From NCBI GenBank assembly GCA_947383145.1, contig CANDCH010000007.1, positions 14,602-78,601 on the forward strand: a DNA stretch of 64,000 nt, given 5' to 3'. The position numbers and the translations under genes were made by a program. Source of the DNA: an uncultured bacterium. Its GTDB lineage: Bacteria > Bacillota > Clostridia > Oscillospirales > Oscillospiraceae. How positions within the stretch are numbered: position 1 is the first letter of the stretch; each line of letters opens with the position of its first letter. Shown here in pieces: positions 29,345-38,910 of this stretch. The notes below the pieces were generated by a model. The model ran no database searches. It was not told the origin of the DNA and saw only the letters and a program-made list of their open reading frames with translations.

Positions 29345-30384
29345 AAAAGAAACTGTTGGCGGCGGCGCTGGCGCTGGCCCTCCTGTCGGGGGGCGTGCTG
29401 GCGGGCTACACCGCGGGCCAGCCGGAATCGCTGGTATCCCTGAGCTTTTTGAACGGAATATTCTGGAACGACCTCCAGGCGGTGGTAAAGCAGGAGACGG
29501 ACCGGGACACCTCCGCCCTGTACACCGAGGCCGCCGGACAGACGGGGAGTTCCTTTGCGCCCAATTCGGGCGTCAACGGCGATGTGCTGTCCGGCGCCGC
29601 CGGCTCCGGCCTGATCTGGACGGAGGGGAGCGGGCTGGTGCGGTCCGGGGAGCTGATCGACGTTACGGCGGGGGCGGCAGTCCCCGTCAACGGAGCGCTT
29701 GCCGCCGGACACCGTTACCTGGCCGGGACGGAGGTCGCGCTGGCGGTGGCCTCGGACGCCGCCCGGTGGATGGCGGAGGGGATCTGGACGGTGGAGGCCG
29801 GGGCGCCCGTGAGCCCGCCGGCGGAGCTGCCCTTCGCCGACGTGGCGCCGGACGCCTGGTACTATGGGGACGTGTCCTTCGTGTTCCAGCGCGGCCTGTT
29901 CAACGGCGTCGCCGGCGACAGCTTCGCGCCCGGAGGAAAAATGCAGCGCTGCATGATGACCACGGTGCTCCACCGGCTGGCGGGGGAACCCCCTGTGGAC
30001 TACGGCCCCCTGTTTCAGGACATTCCGGAGGGCCAGTGGTACACCGCCGGCACCATATGGGCCGGACGGCTGGGCGTGGTAACCGGGGTCGGAGGCAGCC
30101 GGTTTGATCCGTTTTCCAACGTGACCCGCCAGGAGATTGCCGTCATTCTCCACCGCTACGCGGCGGGAATGGGGTACGACGTGAGCGGGCGAGCCGACCT
30201 GTCCGGGTTCTCAGACTGGGGGACGGCCGCCGCCTGGGGCATAGACGCCATCTCCTGGGCGGTGGACGCCGGTATTCTCAACGGCAGCAATGGCGCGCTC
30301 CTGCCCAACGGCGACGCCACCCGGGCGGAGGTTGCCGCTATGCTCCACCGCTTTGCCAACTGGTCGGCGCAAGAGGCGCAGTAA
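29341..30384 (+). CDS. secreted SLH-domain protein
   Basis: Signal peptide and three C-terminal SLH repeats (F.DV..WY, TRQEIA, TRAEVA). Confidence 0.88.
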   Translation: MKKKLLAAALALALLSGGVLAGYTAGQPESLVSLSFLNGIFWNDLQAVVKQETDRDTSALYTEAAGQTGSSFAPNSGVNGDVLSGAAGSGLIWTEGSGLVRSGELIDVTAGAAVPVNGALAAGHRYLAGTEVALAVASDAARWMAEGIWTVEAGAPVSPPAELPFADVAPDAWYYGDVSFVFQRGLFNGVAGDSFAPGGKMQRCMMTTVLHRLAGEPPVDYGPLFQDIPEGQWYTAGTIWAGRLGVVTGVGGSRFDPFSNVTRQEIAVILHRYAAGMGYDVSGRADLSGFSDWGTAAAWGIDAISWAVDAGILNGSNGALLPNGDATRAEVAAMLHRFANWSAQEAQ

Positions 30385-30457
30385 GCGGATGGGGCCGGAT
30401 GTGGATGTCCGGCCCCGCACGGCTTTAGAAAATTTTTCGAAAAAAGCAAAAAAGCGC

Positions 30458-30486
30458 TTGCAATTGGGGACGCAATGTGTTATGAT
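30458..30486 (+). promoter_or_regulatory. sigmaA promoter of the tRNA
   Basis: TTGCAA-N17-TATGAT with A-rich UP element. Confidence 0.75.
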
Positions 30487-30512
30487 AGCTAAGCTGTAAG
30501 GCAAGCAGGTAT

Positions 30513-30589
30513 GCGGCTGTAGCTCAGCTGGATAGAGTGTTTGGCTACGAACCAAAAGGTCGGGGGTTCGAATCCCTTCAGCCGTACCA
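30513..30589 (+). tRNA. tRNA-Arg(ACG)
   Basis: Cloverleaf: GCGGCTG/CAGCCGT acceptor stem, TTTGG-CTACGAA-CCAAA anticodon arm, GTTCGAATC, encoded CCA. Confidence 0.97.
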
Positions 30590-30715
30590 CGTCGCCGCAA
30601 GCGTCATATCGCTTGCGGCGGCGTTTTTCAAACGCCACCGCGCGCTCATTTTGCTGCGGCTCCTTTCCAAATCGAACCCGCTTCGCTGGGCTTCGATTTG
30701 GTTTTGGCTTAGCCT
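30590..30715 (+). repeat. tRNA-adjacent multi-hairpin element
   Basis: CGTCGCCGCAAGCG..CGCTTGCGGCGGCG and CCAAATCGAACCC..GGGCTTCGATTTGG stems; layout resembles reverse complement of 46662-46770. Confidence 0.55.
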
Positions 30716-30839
30716 GGGTACCGGGTGTTTCTAAAGTGTTCAGCCCTGCCATGCGGAGTGTTCTCATAGGGTTTGAGTACCCTGTTGAGGACACTCCGCA
30801 TTTTATTGCTGGAAACCGTATCAAGCATTTTGTTTCGGG

Positions 30840-30962
30840 GAGCAGCTGACGGCTACTCCCTTTCTCGTCCCCATGGTGATTTGCACAGCCGGGATTTTCC
30901 GGCTGTCAGGGACAGCGAAAGCTCCAATACAGTTGTATATAGATGGTGATGTGCTGGATGGT
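30840..30962 (-). pseudogene. frameshifted C-terminal remnant of a TnpX/TndX-like large serine recombinase
   Basis: IQHITIY/YNCIGAFAVPDSRKIPAVQITMGTRKGVAVS with a 1-nt frameshift; lower GC. Confidence 0.65.
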
Positions 30963-31008
30963 ATGATTAGCTGCGCACTGTCAAAAGGGCTTCATGCGTC
31001 GGCGGGTA

Positions 31009-31192
31009 TCAGCCCGCCTCGGCGGTATCGGTGGTATTAATTTCAATGCACTCGGTAATCCGGCGGAACTCGTCTGCGAACTTGAAATGAGCGCTGATAT
31101 TGCCGTTTTCGTAAATCCTGATGTGGCCTACCAGGTCCGTGAGGATTTCACGGGCGAGCGTTTCAATGCTTTGATACTTCGCAAAGGCCAAC
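31009..31192 (-). pseudogene. C-terminal remnant of a second large serine recombinase
   Basis: FAKYQSIETLAREILTDLVGHIRIYENGNISAHFKFADEF; catalytic N-terminus absent. Confidence 0.65.
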
Positions 31193-31376
31193 TCCATGCA
31201 GAAGCGCAAGAAAAACGGCGGGGCAACTTCCTTATGGGAGCTGCCCCGCCCCGCGCCCCCTTTTTCCACCCAGCCCCATTCTCCATGTTGCCAACCGGCG
31301 GGAATCTGTGCTATAATTGACCATCAACACAAAAGGCCGCCGGCGCGTCCTTCCGGCGGGAGAAAGGGAGAACCCC

Positions 31377-32957
31377 ATGAAAAAACGTTGGACCTCCGCC
31401 CTGCTTGCCCTGCTGCTGGCCGCCGCGCTGCTTCCCGCCCCGGCCCGCGCCGCCGGGGACGGCCGTTCCGCCGGCGCCAGCCTGACCGGCGTCAACCGGG
31501 CGGTCTACGAGGTGCTGGAGGACGAGATCACACGGATCGCCTCCGGCGGCAGGACCAGCACCGCCATTCGGATTCCCGACCAGTCCGGCCTGTCCTGGAC
31601 GCTGGACGAGCTGGGCCTGTCCGGCGCGGGCAACGACGACGTGCTGAAAACCCTGGACCGAAAGCTGGCCGAAACGCTGAATTTCGAGCTGGTCTACGTG
31701 TGCCTGTCCCTGGACCACCCCCTGGAGATGTTCTGGAAGAGCAATCAATTCGCCCTGGGCTATTCCTTTGTCCGCAGCGGAAACCAGGTGTCCGTCGTCG
31801 ATCTCACCGCCCAGCTCCAGGTGGCCCAGGACTGCCGGGGCGGCAGCGACATGAACGTGGCCCCCCAGCGCATCGCCGGCGCCGCGCAGGCGGCGGACGC
31901 CGCCCGGGCCATTGTGGAAAAGTACCGGGACCGCTCCGACTACGAGAAGCTGGCGGGCTACTGCCGGGAGATCTGCGGGCTGGTCTCCTACGACCTGGAG
32001 GCCCTGTTGGGCGGCACGCCCTACGGCGCGCCCTGGCAAATGCTCAGCGTGTTCGACGGGGACCCGGACACCAACGTGGTGTGCGAGGGCTACTCCAAGG
32101 CCTTCCAATACCTGTGCGACCTCACCGACTTTGACGGGGACATCGTCTGCCGCACCATCAGCGGCAAAATGAACGGCAACCATATGTGGAACGTGGTCCG
32201 GATGGAGGACGGGAAAAACTACCTGGTGGACGTGACCAACTGCGACGAGCGGATGATCGGCGAGGACGGCGAGCTGTTCCTGTCCGGGGCGTCCACCGCC
32301 GACGGCGGGCGGACTTACACCGTCTCCAAGGGCTCCTGCCGGGCCGTCTACACCTATTCCGACCTGATGGAGGGGATATACGGCGAGGGCTGGCTCCAGC
32401 TCAGCCCCGACGACTATGACCCCGCCGCCCGGCCCGACCCCTCTCCCGCGCCCTCCGGGGACCCCGCCCCCGCCGCCTTCACCGACGTGGACCCCAGCGC
32501 CTATTACGCCGAAGCGGTGGCTTGGGCGGTGGAGGAGGGCATCACCAACGGCACCTCGGATACCACCTTCTCCCCTGACCAGGACTGCACCGTGGAGGAA
32601 ATCATCACCTTCCTCTGGCGGGCTGCGGGCAGGCCGGGGGACCAGGGGCGTGAGAAGGACCTCTTTTACGCCGACGCCATCGACTGGTGCTATGACTCCA
32701 ATATGATCGAACGCGGCGGGTTCTGGCCCGGCACGCCCTGTACCCGGCGCTCCGCGGTGCAGTTCATCTGGACGGCCTCCGGCGAATCCGCCCCGGAGGA
32801 GTGCACCCGCTTCACCGACCTGCCGGAGGGCTCCCATGCCGTGGACTGGGCGGTGAAGAAGGGCGTCACCAACGGCACCTCGGACACCACCTTCTCCCCG
32901 GACAAGGTGTGCACCCGGGGGGAGATCGTCACCTTTCTCTACCGGGCTTACCATTAG
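31377..32957 (+). CDS. secreted transglutaminase-like protein with SLH domains
   Basis: Signal peptide; VVCEGYSKAF, HMWNVV, YLVDVT triad; GITNGTSDTTFSP SLH repeats; upstream TTGCCA..TATAAT. Confidence 0.85.
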   Translation: MKKRWTSALLALLLAAALLPAPARAAGDGRSAGASLTGVNRAVYEVLEDEITRIASGGRTSTAIRIPDQSGLSWTLDELGLSGAGNDDVLKTLDRKLAETLNFELVYVCLSLDHPLEMFWKSNQFALGYSFVRSGNQVSVVDLTAQLQVAQDCRGGSDMNVAPQRIAGAAQAADAARAIVEKYRDRSDYEKLAGYCREICGLVSYDLEALLGGTPYGAPWQMLSVFDGDPDTNVVCEGYSKAFQYLCDLTDFDGDIVCRTISGKMNGNHMWNVVRMEDGKNYLVDVTNCDERMIGEDGELFLSGASTADGGRTYTVSKGSCRAVYTYSDLMEGIYGEGWLQLSPDDYDPAARPDPSPAPSGDPAPAAFTDVDPSAYYAEAVAWAVEEGITNGTSDTTFSPDQDCTVEEIITFLWRAAGRPGDQGREKDLFYADAIDWCYDSNMIERGGFWPGTPCTRRSAVQFIWTASGESAPEECTRFTDLPEGSHAVDWAVKKGVTNGTSDTTFSPDKVCTRGEIVTFLYRAYH

Positions 32958-32982
32958 CGCGCAAACGGCTCCCTCGCCGGTT

Positions 32983-33199
32983 GACGGCGCAGCTCCGGCT
33001 GCGCCGTCTCAGCTTGTCGAAAAATTCTTTTCGACAAGCTGAATGCGATTTTTTGAACAAAGAAACGTTCAAAAAATCGGCTGATCGCACGTGAAAGACA
33101 CCCCTCCTGGGTTTCTTTCACACTATCTTCCTTCCCGATGACAGCAAGCTGCGCACTTTACCGGCAGTCTGGGACGGCGCAGCTCCGGCTGCGCCGTCT
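32983..33199. repeat. REP-like hairpin cluster bounded by 27-bp direct repeats
   Basis: GACGGCGCAGCTCCGGCTGCGCCGTCT at 32983 and 33173, with three AT-rich hairpins between. Confidence 0.8.
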
Positions 33200-33289
33200 T
33201 TCTTCGGGGATTTCGCGGCGGGGGCTGTACATTTTTCTCCTGGCATGATACAATAGCATCCAGCTTGTTTTGGAGAGGACGGGAGCGCC

Positions 33290-33865
33290 GTGAGCCACAG
33301 TTTTTTCGCCTACCTGTTTCGGATGCGCCACATCGCCCGCTGGGCGCTGATGCGCAACACCCGCACCGAGAATGTGGAGGAGCACTCCTACGAGGCGGCG
33401 GTGCTGGCCCACGCCCTGGCGGTGATCGGCCGGGACGTGTTCCACAAGGATCTGGACCCGGACAGCACCGCCGTGGCCGCCCTGTTCCACGACGCGCCGG
33501 AGATCATCACCGGCGACATGCCCACCCCCGTCAAGTACCACAACCCCTCCCTGCAAAACGCCTATAAACAGGTGGAGGCCGCCGCCCAGGACAGGCTGCT
33601 GTCCATGCTGCCCCCCGAGCTGGCCCCCGTCTACGAGCCCCTGGTCCGGGAGAGCGATGCTGAGATCCGCCGGTATGTGAAGGCGGCGGACAAGCTGTCC
33701 GCCTACATCAAGTGCGCCGAGGAGCTGAAGGCGGGCAACGCCGAGTTCCAGAAGGCGGCGGAGCAGACCATGTCCGCCCTGCGGGCCATGGAGATGGAAG
33801 AGCTGGATTACTTTATGAAGCGGTTCCTCCCGGCCTTCAGCCTGACGCTGGACGAACTGCAATAG
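33290..33865 (+). CDS. yfbR: HD-domain 5'-deoxynucleotidase (YfbR-like)
   Basis: RWALMRNTRTENVEEHS, ALFHDAPEIITGDMPTPVKY, KAADKLSAY. Confidence 0.9.
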   Translation: MSHSFFAYLFRMRHIARWALMRNTRTENVEEHSYEAAVLAHALAVIGRDVFHKDLDPDSTAVAALFHDAPEIITGDMPTPVKYHNPSLQNAYKQVEAAAQDRLLSMLPPELAPVYEPLVRESDAEIRRYVKAADKLSAYIKCAEELKAGNAEFQKAAEQTMSALRAMEMEELDYFMKRFLPAFSLTLDELQ

Positions 33866-33876
33866 GGGGGCGCGGG

Positions 33877-34368
33877 ATGAGGCATTTGAACTGGATCCCG
33901 CCGCTGTATATAGGGGCGTTCCCCTATGTATGCCTTGCGGCGCTGTATGTCGAGCCGCTGCGGGACATATTCCCCAGACATCCCTTCCGCCTGGTGGGGA
34001 TTGCCTGGGCGTTGGGTCTGGCGGCGGCGCTGGTTGTCCTTTTCACCCGTAACCGCTGGACAGGCCGGGAGTTGGCGCGGGCCAGTATGCTGATCAAGCT
34101 GGTCCACATACCGGCCTATGCGGTTTGGTTTGCCGTTGGCATTTTATTGTTCCTTTTCATGGGCGCCCCGCTGGCTTTTGTAATGGATGTCATGGCAATC
34201 ATTCTCAGCGGCATTGTGGGCCTCGCCGCCGTTTTGCGCTGCCGGAGGGAGAGGCGGCTCGCCACAAAGGCGGCCGTGGTCAACGGCGTGTTGCAGTTTG
34301 TGTTCTGCGCCGACGTATTCAGCGCGGTCTGGGTATACCGCAATACAAAGGAGGACTTTTTATCATGA
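33877..34368 (+). CDS. hypothetical membrane protein
   Basis: MRHLNWIPPLY.., several TM segments; ATGA overlap with ACT gene; lower GC. Confidence 0.65.
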   Translation: MRHLNWIPPLYIGAFPYVCLAALYVEPLRDIFPRHPFRLVGIAWALGLAAALVVLFTRNRWTGRELARASMLIKLVHIPAYAVWFAVGILLFLFMGAPLAFVMDVMAIILSGIVGLAAVLRCRRERRLATKAAVVNGVLQFVFCADVFSAVWVYRNTKEDFLS

Positions 34369-34634
34369 GAGCCATCGTCACCGTCATCGGCAGGGACCAG
34401 GTGGGCATCATCGCCGCCGTGTGCGCCCTGCTCAGCGAGAAAAACGTCAACGTGCTGGACATCAGCCAGACCGTGCTCCAGGAGTACTTCACCATGATTA
34501 TGCTGGTGGACGCCTCCCAGGCCACGGTGCCCTTCGCCCGCCTGCGGGAGGACCTGGCCCAGGCCGGAAAAGAGCGGGGGCTGGACATCCGGGTGCAGCG
34601 GGAGGATATCTTTGACGCCATGCATCGGATTTGA
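34365..34634 (+). CDS. ACT-domain protein (UPF0237)
   Basis: MRAIVTVIGRDQVGII..DISQT..EDIFDAMHRI; usual partner of DUF711. Confidence 0.9.
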   Translation: MRAIVTVIGRDQVGIIAAVCALLSEKNVNVLDISQTVLQEYFTMIMLVDASQATVPFARLREDLAQAGKERGLDIRVQREDIFDAMHRI

Positions 34635-34644
34635 GGGATAAATT

Positions 34645-36003
34645 ATGATTAACACCAACGACATTTTACAGACCATCCGGATGATCGACCACCAGCACCT
34701 GGACGTGCGCACCATCACCATGGGCATCAACCTGCTGGACTGCTGCGACCCGGACCCCCACGCCGCCTGCCGGAAGATCTACGACAAGATCACCGCCTCG
34801 GCGGACAAGCTGGTGAAAACCGGGGAGGACATTGAGACGGAGTTCGGCATACCCATCGTCAACAAGCGCATCTCCGTCACCCCCATGGCCCTGGCGGCGG
34901 GGGCGTCCCGTACCAGCGACTACGTCCCCTTCGCCGCCGCCATGGACAGGGCGGCCAAGGCGGTGGGGGTCAACTTCATCGGCGGCTTCTCCGCCCTGGT
35001 CCACAAGGGCATGACGGGCGCGGACAAAAAGCTCATCGCCGCCATCCCCGAGGCCCTGGCCGTCACCGACGTGGTGTGCTCCTCCGTCAACGTGGGCTCC
35101 ACCAAGGCGGGCATCAACATGGACGCGGTGCGGCTGATGGGCGAGACCATCAAGGCGTGCGCGGAGCGCACCGCGGACAAGGGCGGCTTCGGCTGCGCCA
35201 AGCTGGTGGTGTTCTGCAACGCGGTGGAGGACAACCCCTTCATGGCCGGGGCCTTTCACGGCGTGGGGGAGGCCGAGCGGGTCATCAACGTGGGGGTGTC
35301 CGGCCCCGGCGTGGTCCATCACGCCCTCCAGGCGGTGAAGGGCCAGCCCTTCGACGTGGTGGCCGAGACCATCAAAAAGACCGCCTTCCAGGTAACCCGC
35401 ATGGGCCAGCTGGTGGCGCGGGAGGCCAGCGCCCGGCTGGGGGTGCCCTTCGGCATCGTGGACCTGTCCCTGGCCCCCACTCCCGCCATCGGGGACTCCG
35501 TGGCCCGGATTCTGGAGGAGATGGGCCTGGAGGTGTGCGGCGCCCACGGCACCACCGCCGCCCTGGCCCTGCTCAACGACGCGGTGAAAAAGGGCGGCGT
35601 CATGGCCAGCTCCTCGGTGGGCGGGCTGTCCGGGGCCTTCATCCCGGTGAGCGAGGACGAGGGCATGATCGCCGCCGCCCAGTCCGGGGCGCTGACCCTG
35701 GACAAGCTGGAGGCCATGACCTGCGTGTGCTCGGTGGGGCTGGATATGATCGCCGTGCCCGGTGACACCTCCGCCGCCACCCTGTCCGCCATCATCGCCG
35801 ACGAGGCCGCCATCGGCATGGTGAACCAAAAGACCACCGCGGTCCGCCTGATCCCCGCGCCGGGGAAGCGGGTGGGGGACGTGGTGGAGTTCGGCGGCCT
35901 GCTGGGCTCCGCGCCGGTGATGCCCTGCCACACCGGCGGCGCCGGGGAGTTCGTGGCCCGGGGCGGGCGGATTCCCGCGCCGCTGCACAGCCTGAAAAAC
36001 TGA
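34645..36003 (+). CDS. PFL-like protein (DUF711/UPF0210)
   Basis: [39 protein letters not shown]. Confidence 0.93.
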   Translation: MINTNDILQTIRMIDHQHLDVRTITMGINLLDCCDPDPHAACRKIYDKITASADKLVKTGEDIETEFGIPIVNKRISVTPMALAAGASRTSDYVPFAAAMDRAAKAVGVNFIGGFSALVHKGMTGADKKLIAAIPEALAVTDVVCSSVNVGSTKAGINMDAVRLMGETIKACAERTADKGGFGCAKLVVFCNAVEDNPFMAGAFHGVGEAERVINVGVSGPGVVHHALQAVKGQPFDVVAETIKKTAFQVTRMGQLVAREASARLGVPFGIVDLSLAPTPAIGDSVARILEEMGLEVCGAHGTTAALALLNDAVKKGGVMASSSVGGLSGAFIPVSEDEGMIAAAQSGALTLDKLEAMTCVCSVGLDMIAVPGDTSAATLSAIIADEAAIGMVNQKTTAVRLIPAPGKRVGDVVEFGGLLGSAPVMPCHTGGAGEFVARGGRIPAPLHSLKN

Positions 36004-36143
36004 GCGGAGGAGGCAGAACATAACCCACCGCAGGAAAATCCCCCCGGCCAGGGCTGGGGGGATTCCTTTGCGGGCGGAGGCTGCCGGTCCCGCCCGCTGT
36101 TTGCAGCCTTATAACGAAAAACTCGCCGAAAGGGGCTTGAATC

Positions 36144-37433
36144 GTGAATATCGCCACCTATACTCTGGGCTGTAAGGTGAACCAGGTAGAGACCCAGGCC
36201 ATGGAGCGGGAGCTTCTCCGCCGGGGGCACGCCCTGGTCCCCTTCGGCGGTCCGGCGGACGCCTGCATCGTCAACACCTGCACCGTCACCGCCGTCAGCG
36301 ACAAAAAGTGCCGCAACCTCATCCGGCGGGCCCGGAGCGCCGCCCCGGACTGCGTGCTGGCGGTGTGCGGCTGCTACGCCCAGACCAGCCCGGACGCCGC
36401 CGCCCTGGGGGCGGATCTGGTGTCCGGGTCGGCGGGGCGGATGGCCTTTCTGGACCGGCTGGAGGAGCTGCTCCGCGCCAAGGGGGAGCAAGTGATTTCC
36501 GTTGACAACGCCCTGGCCCGCAGGGATTTTGAGCGTCTCCCCGCCGGGGGCGGGCAGGGCCGCACCCGGGCCATGCTCAAGGTAGAGGATGGCTGCGTCA
36601 ACTTCTGCTCCTACTGCGTCATCCCCTACGCCCGGGGGCCGGTGCGCTCCCTGCCCCGTCCCGAGGCGGAGGCGGAGGCCCGCCGTCTGGCGCAGGAGGG
36701 CTGGCGGGAGGTGGTGCTCACCGGCATCGAGCTCTCCTCCTGGGGCCGGGACCTGGGCGCCGGGGAGGATCTCGCCGGACTGATCGAGGGGGTGTGCGGG
36801 GCCGCGCCGGACCTGCGGGTGCGGCTGGGCTCCCTGGAGCCCAGAACCGTCACGGCGGAGTTCTGCCGCCGGACCGCCGCCCTGCCCAACCTGTGCCCCC
36901 ACTTCCATCTCTCCCTCCAATCGGGGTGCGACGCCACCCTGGCCCGGATGAACCGCAAATATGATACCGCCTGGTATTATAAGAGCGTTGAATTACTCCG
37001 GGAATACTTCTCGGACCCTGGAATCACCACCGACCTCATCACCGGCTTTCCGGGAGAGACAGAGGAGGAATTCGCCCAAACCCTGGCCTTTGTGGAGCGG
37101 TGCGGCTTTACCGCCATGCATGTGTTCCCCTACTCCCGCCGCCCCGGCACCCCGGCGGCGGACCTGCCCGGCCAGCTCCCCGCGGGGGTCAAGGAGGCGC
37201 GGGCGCGCCGGGCCATTGCCCTGGGGTCGGAGCTGGAGCGCCGCTGGCTGGAGGGCCAGAAGGGCCGCGTCCTGCCCGTCCTGTTCGAGGAAGAGAAGGA
37301 CGGCCTCTGGCAGGGCCACACCCCCAATTACGCCCTGGTCCGGGCGCGGGGGGAGGCTCTTCACAACCGGCTGGCGGACGTGGAGATCACCGGCGTGGAG
37401 GGGAGCGCCCTGCTGGGCGCGGTCTGCGGCTGA
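36144..37433 (+). CDS. mtaB: tRNA t6A37 methylthiotransferase
   Basis: TLGCKVNQ, NTCTVT, GCVNFCSYCVIP (radical SAM), HVFPYSRRPGT. Confidence 0.93.
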   Translation: MNIATYTLGCKVNQVETQAMERELLRRGHALVPFGGPADACIVNTCTVTAVSDKKCRNLIRRARSAAPDCVLAVCGCYAQTSPDAAALGADLVSGSAGRMAFLDRLEELLRAKGEQVISVDNALARRDFERLPAGGGQGRTRAMLKVEDGCVNFCSYCVIPYARGPVRSLPRPEAEAEARRLAQEGWREVVLTGIELSSWGRDLGAGEDLAGLIEGVCGAAPDLRVRLGSLEPRTVTAEFCRRTAALPNLCPHFHLSLQSGCDATLARMNRKYDTAWYYKSVELLREYFSDPGITTDLITGFPGETEEEFAQTLAFVERCGFTAMHVFPYSRRPGTPAADLPGQLPAGVKEARARRAIALGSELERRWLEGQKGRVLPVLFEEEKDGLWQGHTPNYALVRARGEALHNRLADVEITGVEGSALLGAVCG

Positions 37434-37506
37434 GCCTTGCGCCGGACGGCGGAATATGGTATAGTTGATAGAGCGTCGGCCCTGAATAGAGAGAGGAGGA
37501 GGTCCC

Positions 37507-38340
37507 ATGCCGGTTTTTGCCTCCATTATGCCGGATGAAGAGACCACAGCCAGCCTGTGGAACAGCATTCAGAACGTTACAGCCAGTAATATTTTCAGCG
37601 CGGTTTTATCCGTCGTAATCAGTCTGATCCTGATCAAGGTGCTCACCAAGCTGCTGGAGCAGGCCCTGGGCCGCTCCAAGCTGGACCAGCCCCTCCAGCG
37701 GCTGATCCGAAGCCTGCTGCGGGGCGTGCTGTGGGCGGTGGCCGCCATCACCGTGCTGAAAAGCCTGGGCATCGAGGTCACGTCGCTGGTGGCGGTGCTG
37801 TCGGTGGTTGGTCTGGCCTTCTCCCTGGCGCTGCAAAACTTTCTGTCCAACCTGGCGGGCGGAATGCAGATTCTGGCCTCCCACCCCTTCGCCCCGGGGG
37901 ACTTCGTGGACGCGGGGGGCTGCTCCGGCACGGTGTCCGAGATCGGGATGTTTTACACCAAACTCACCACCCCGGACAACAAGCTGGTCCAGCTGCCCAA
38001 CAGCACCATTGTGTCCGCCAACATCACCAACTTCTCCGCCCAGGCCACCCGCCGGGTGGAGCTGAAGGCGTCTGCCAGCTACGACGCACCCACGGAGCGG
38101 GTGATCTCCCTGCTCTCCGGCCTGGCGGCGGACCACCCCCTGGTGCTGGGCGACCCGGCCCCCGCCGTCCACGTGGACGGCTACGGCGACAACGCCATCG
38201 AATATGTCATGCGGATCTGGTGCGCCAACGCCGACTACTGGACGGTGTACTACGACCTGATGGACGGCCTCAAGCCCGCCTTTGACGCCGCGGGCATCGA
38301 GATGACCTATCCCCACGTGAACGTGCATATGATCAAATAA
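37507..38340 (+). CDS. mscS: small-conductance mechanosensitive channel
   Basis: GLAFSLALQNFLSNLAGG, PF..GD, PNS, GIEMTYP. Confidence 0.92.
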   Translation: MPVFASIMPDEETTASLWNSIQNVTASNIFSAVLSVVISLILIKVLTKLLEQALGRSKLDQPLQRLIRSLLRGVLWAVAAITVLKSLGIEVTSLVAVLSVVGLAFSLALQNFLSNLAGGMQILASHPFAPGDFVDAGGCSGTVSEIGMFYTKLTTPDNKLVQLPNSTIVSANITNFSAQATRRVELKASASYDAPTERVISLLSGLAADHPLVLGDPAPAVHVDGYGDNAIEYVMRIWCANADYWTVYYDLMDGLKPAFDAAGIEMTYPHVNVHMIK

Positions 38341-38363
38341 CCGAATTTGAGGAGGTAAATTCA

Positions 38364-38909
38364 ATGAGGTATCCCAACGCGGCCCTGGGGCTGAAGCTGA
38401 TGTTTCTGGGGCAGATCCTGGCAATCGCGGGCTTCCTGCTGTTCTGGGTTCCCCTGGTGGGCTTCCTGCTGGTGCTGGCCTGTCCGGCGCTGGAGCTCGC
38501 CGGCATCTATAAGGCCGGAGCCGACGACGAGAACTACCGGGGCGCCCTGGTGTTCGCCGCCATTATCCTGGCGCTGGGCGTGGTGGAGGGCCTTTTGAAG
38601 CCCGGGCTGCTGTCCACCCTGCTGGACATGGGCGGCAGCGTTTTGAGCCTGCTGCTGGTGTACTGCGTGTGCACCACCACCTCCAACCTGCTCCACTCCA
38701 TCGGCCAGGAGGCGCTGTCCCAGCGGGGGAACACCGTAATCAAAATCATGGCCGGGTGCACCCTCGTCTCCCTCGTGTGCCAGGCGCTGGGCTTTATCCC
38801 CATCATCAACATCGCCGCCGCCCTGGTGTCCGGCATCGCCGGACTGGTCATGACGGCGGGCAGCGTGCTGTACCTGATGTTCCTCTACGGCAGCTGCAGG
38901 GTGCTGTGA
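38364..38909 (+). CDS. hypothetical membrane protein
   Basis: GAGGAGG RBS, about 6 TM segments. Confidence 0.75.
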   Translation: MRYPNAALGLKLMFLGQILAIAGFLLFWVPLVGFLLVLACPALELAGIYKAGADDENYRGALVFAAIILALGVVEGLLKPGLLSTLLDMGGSVLSLLLVYCVCTTTSNLLHSIGQEALSQRGNTVIKIMAGCTLVSLVCQALGFIPIINIAAALVSGIAGLVMTAGSVLYLMFLYGSCRVL

Positions 38910-38910
38910 G

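Noticed and set aside
30211..30849. Short ORFs overlapping the tRNA and its downstream hairpins
   Set aside because: Translations of tRNA and structured non-coding sequence.
32983..33199. Possible mini CRISPR array (two 27-bp palindromic repeats)
   Set aside because: Only two repeats, a 163-bp interval that is itself made of hairpins, and no cas genes.
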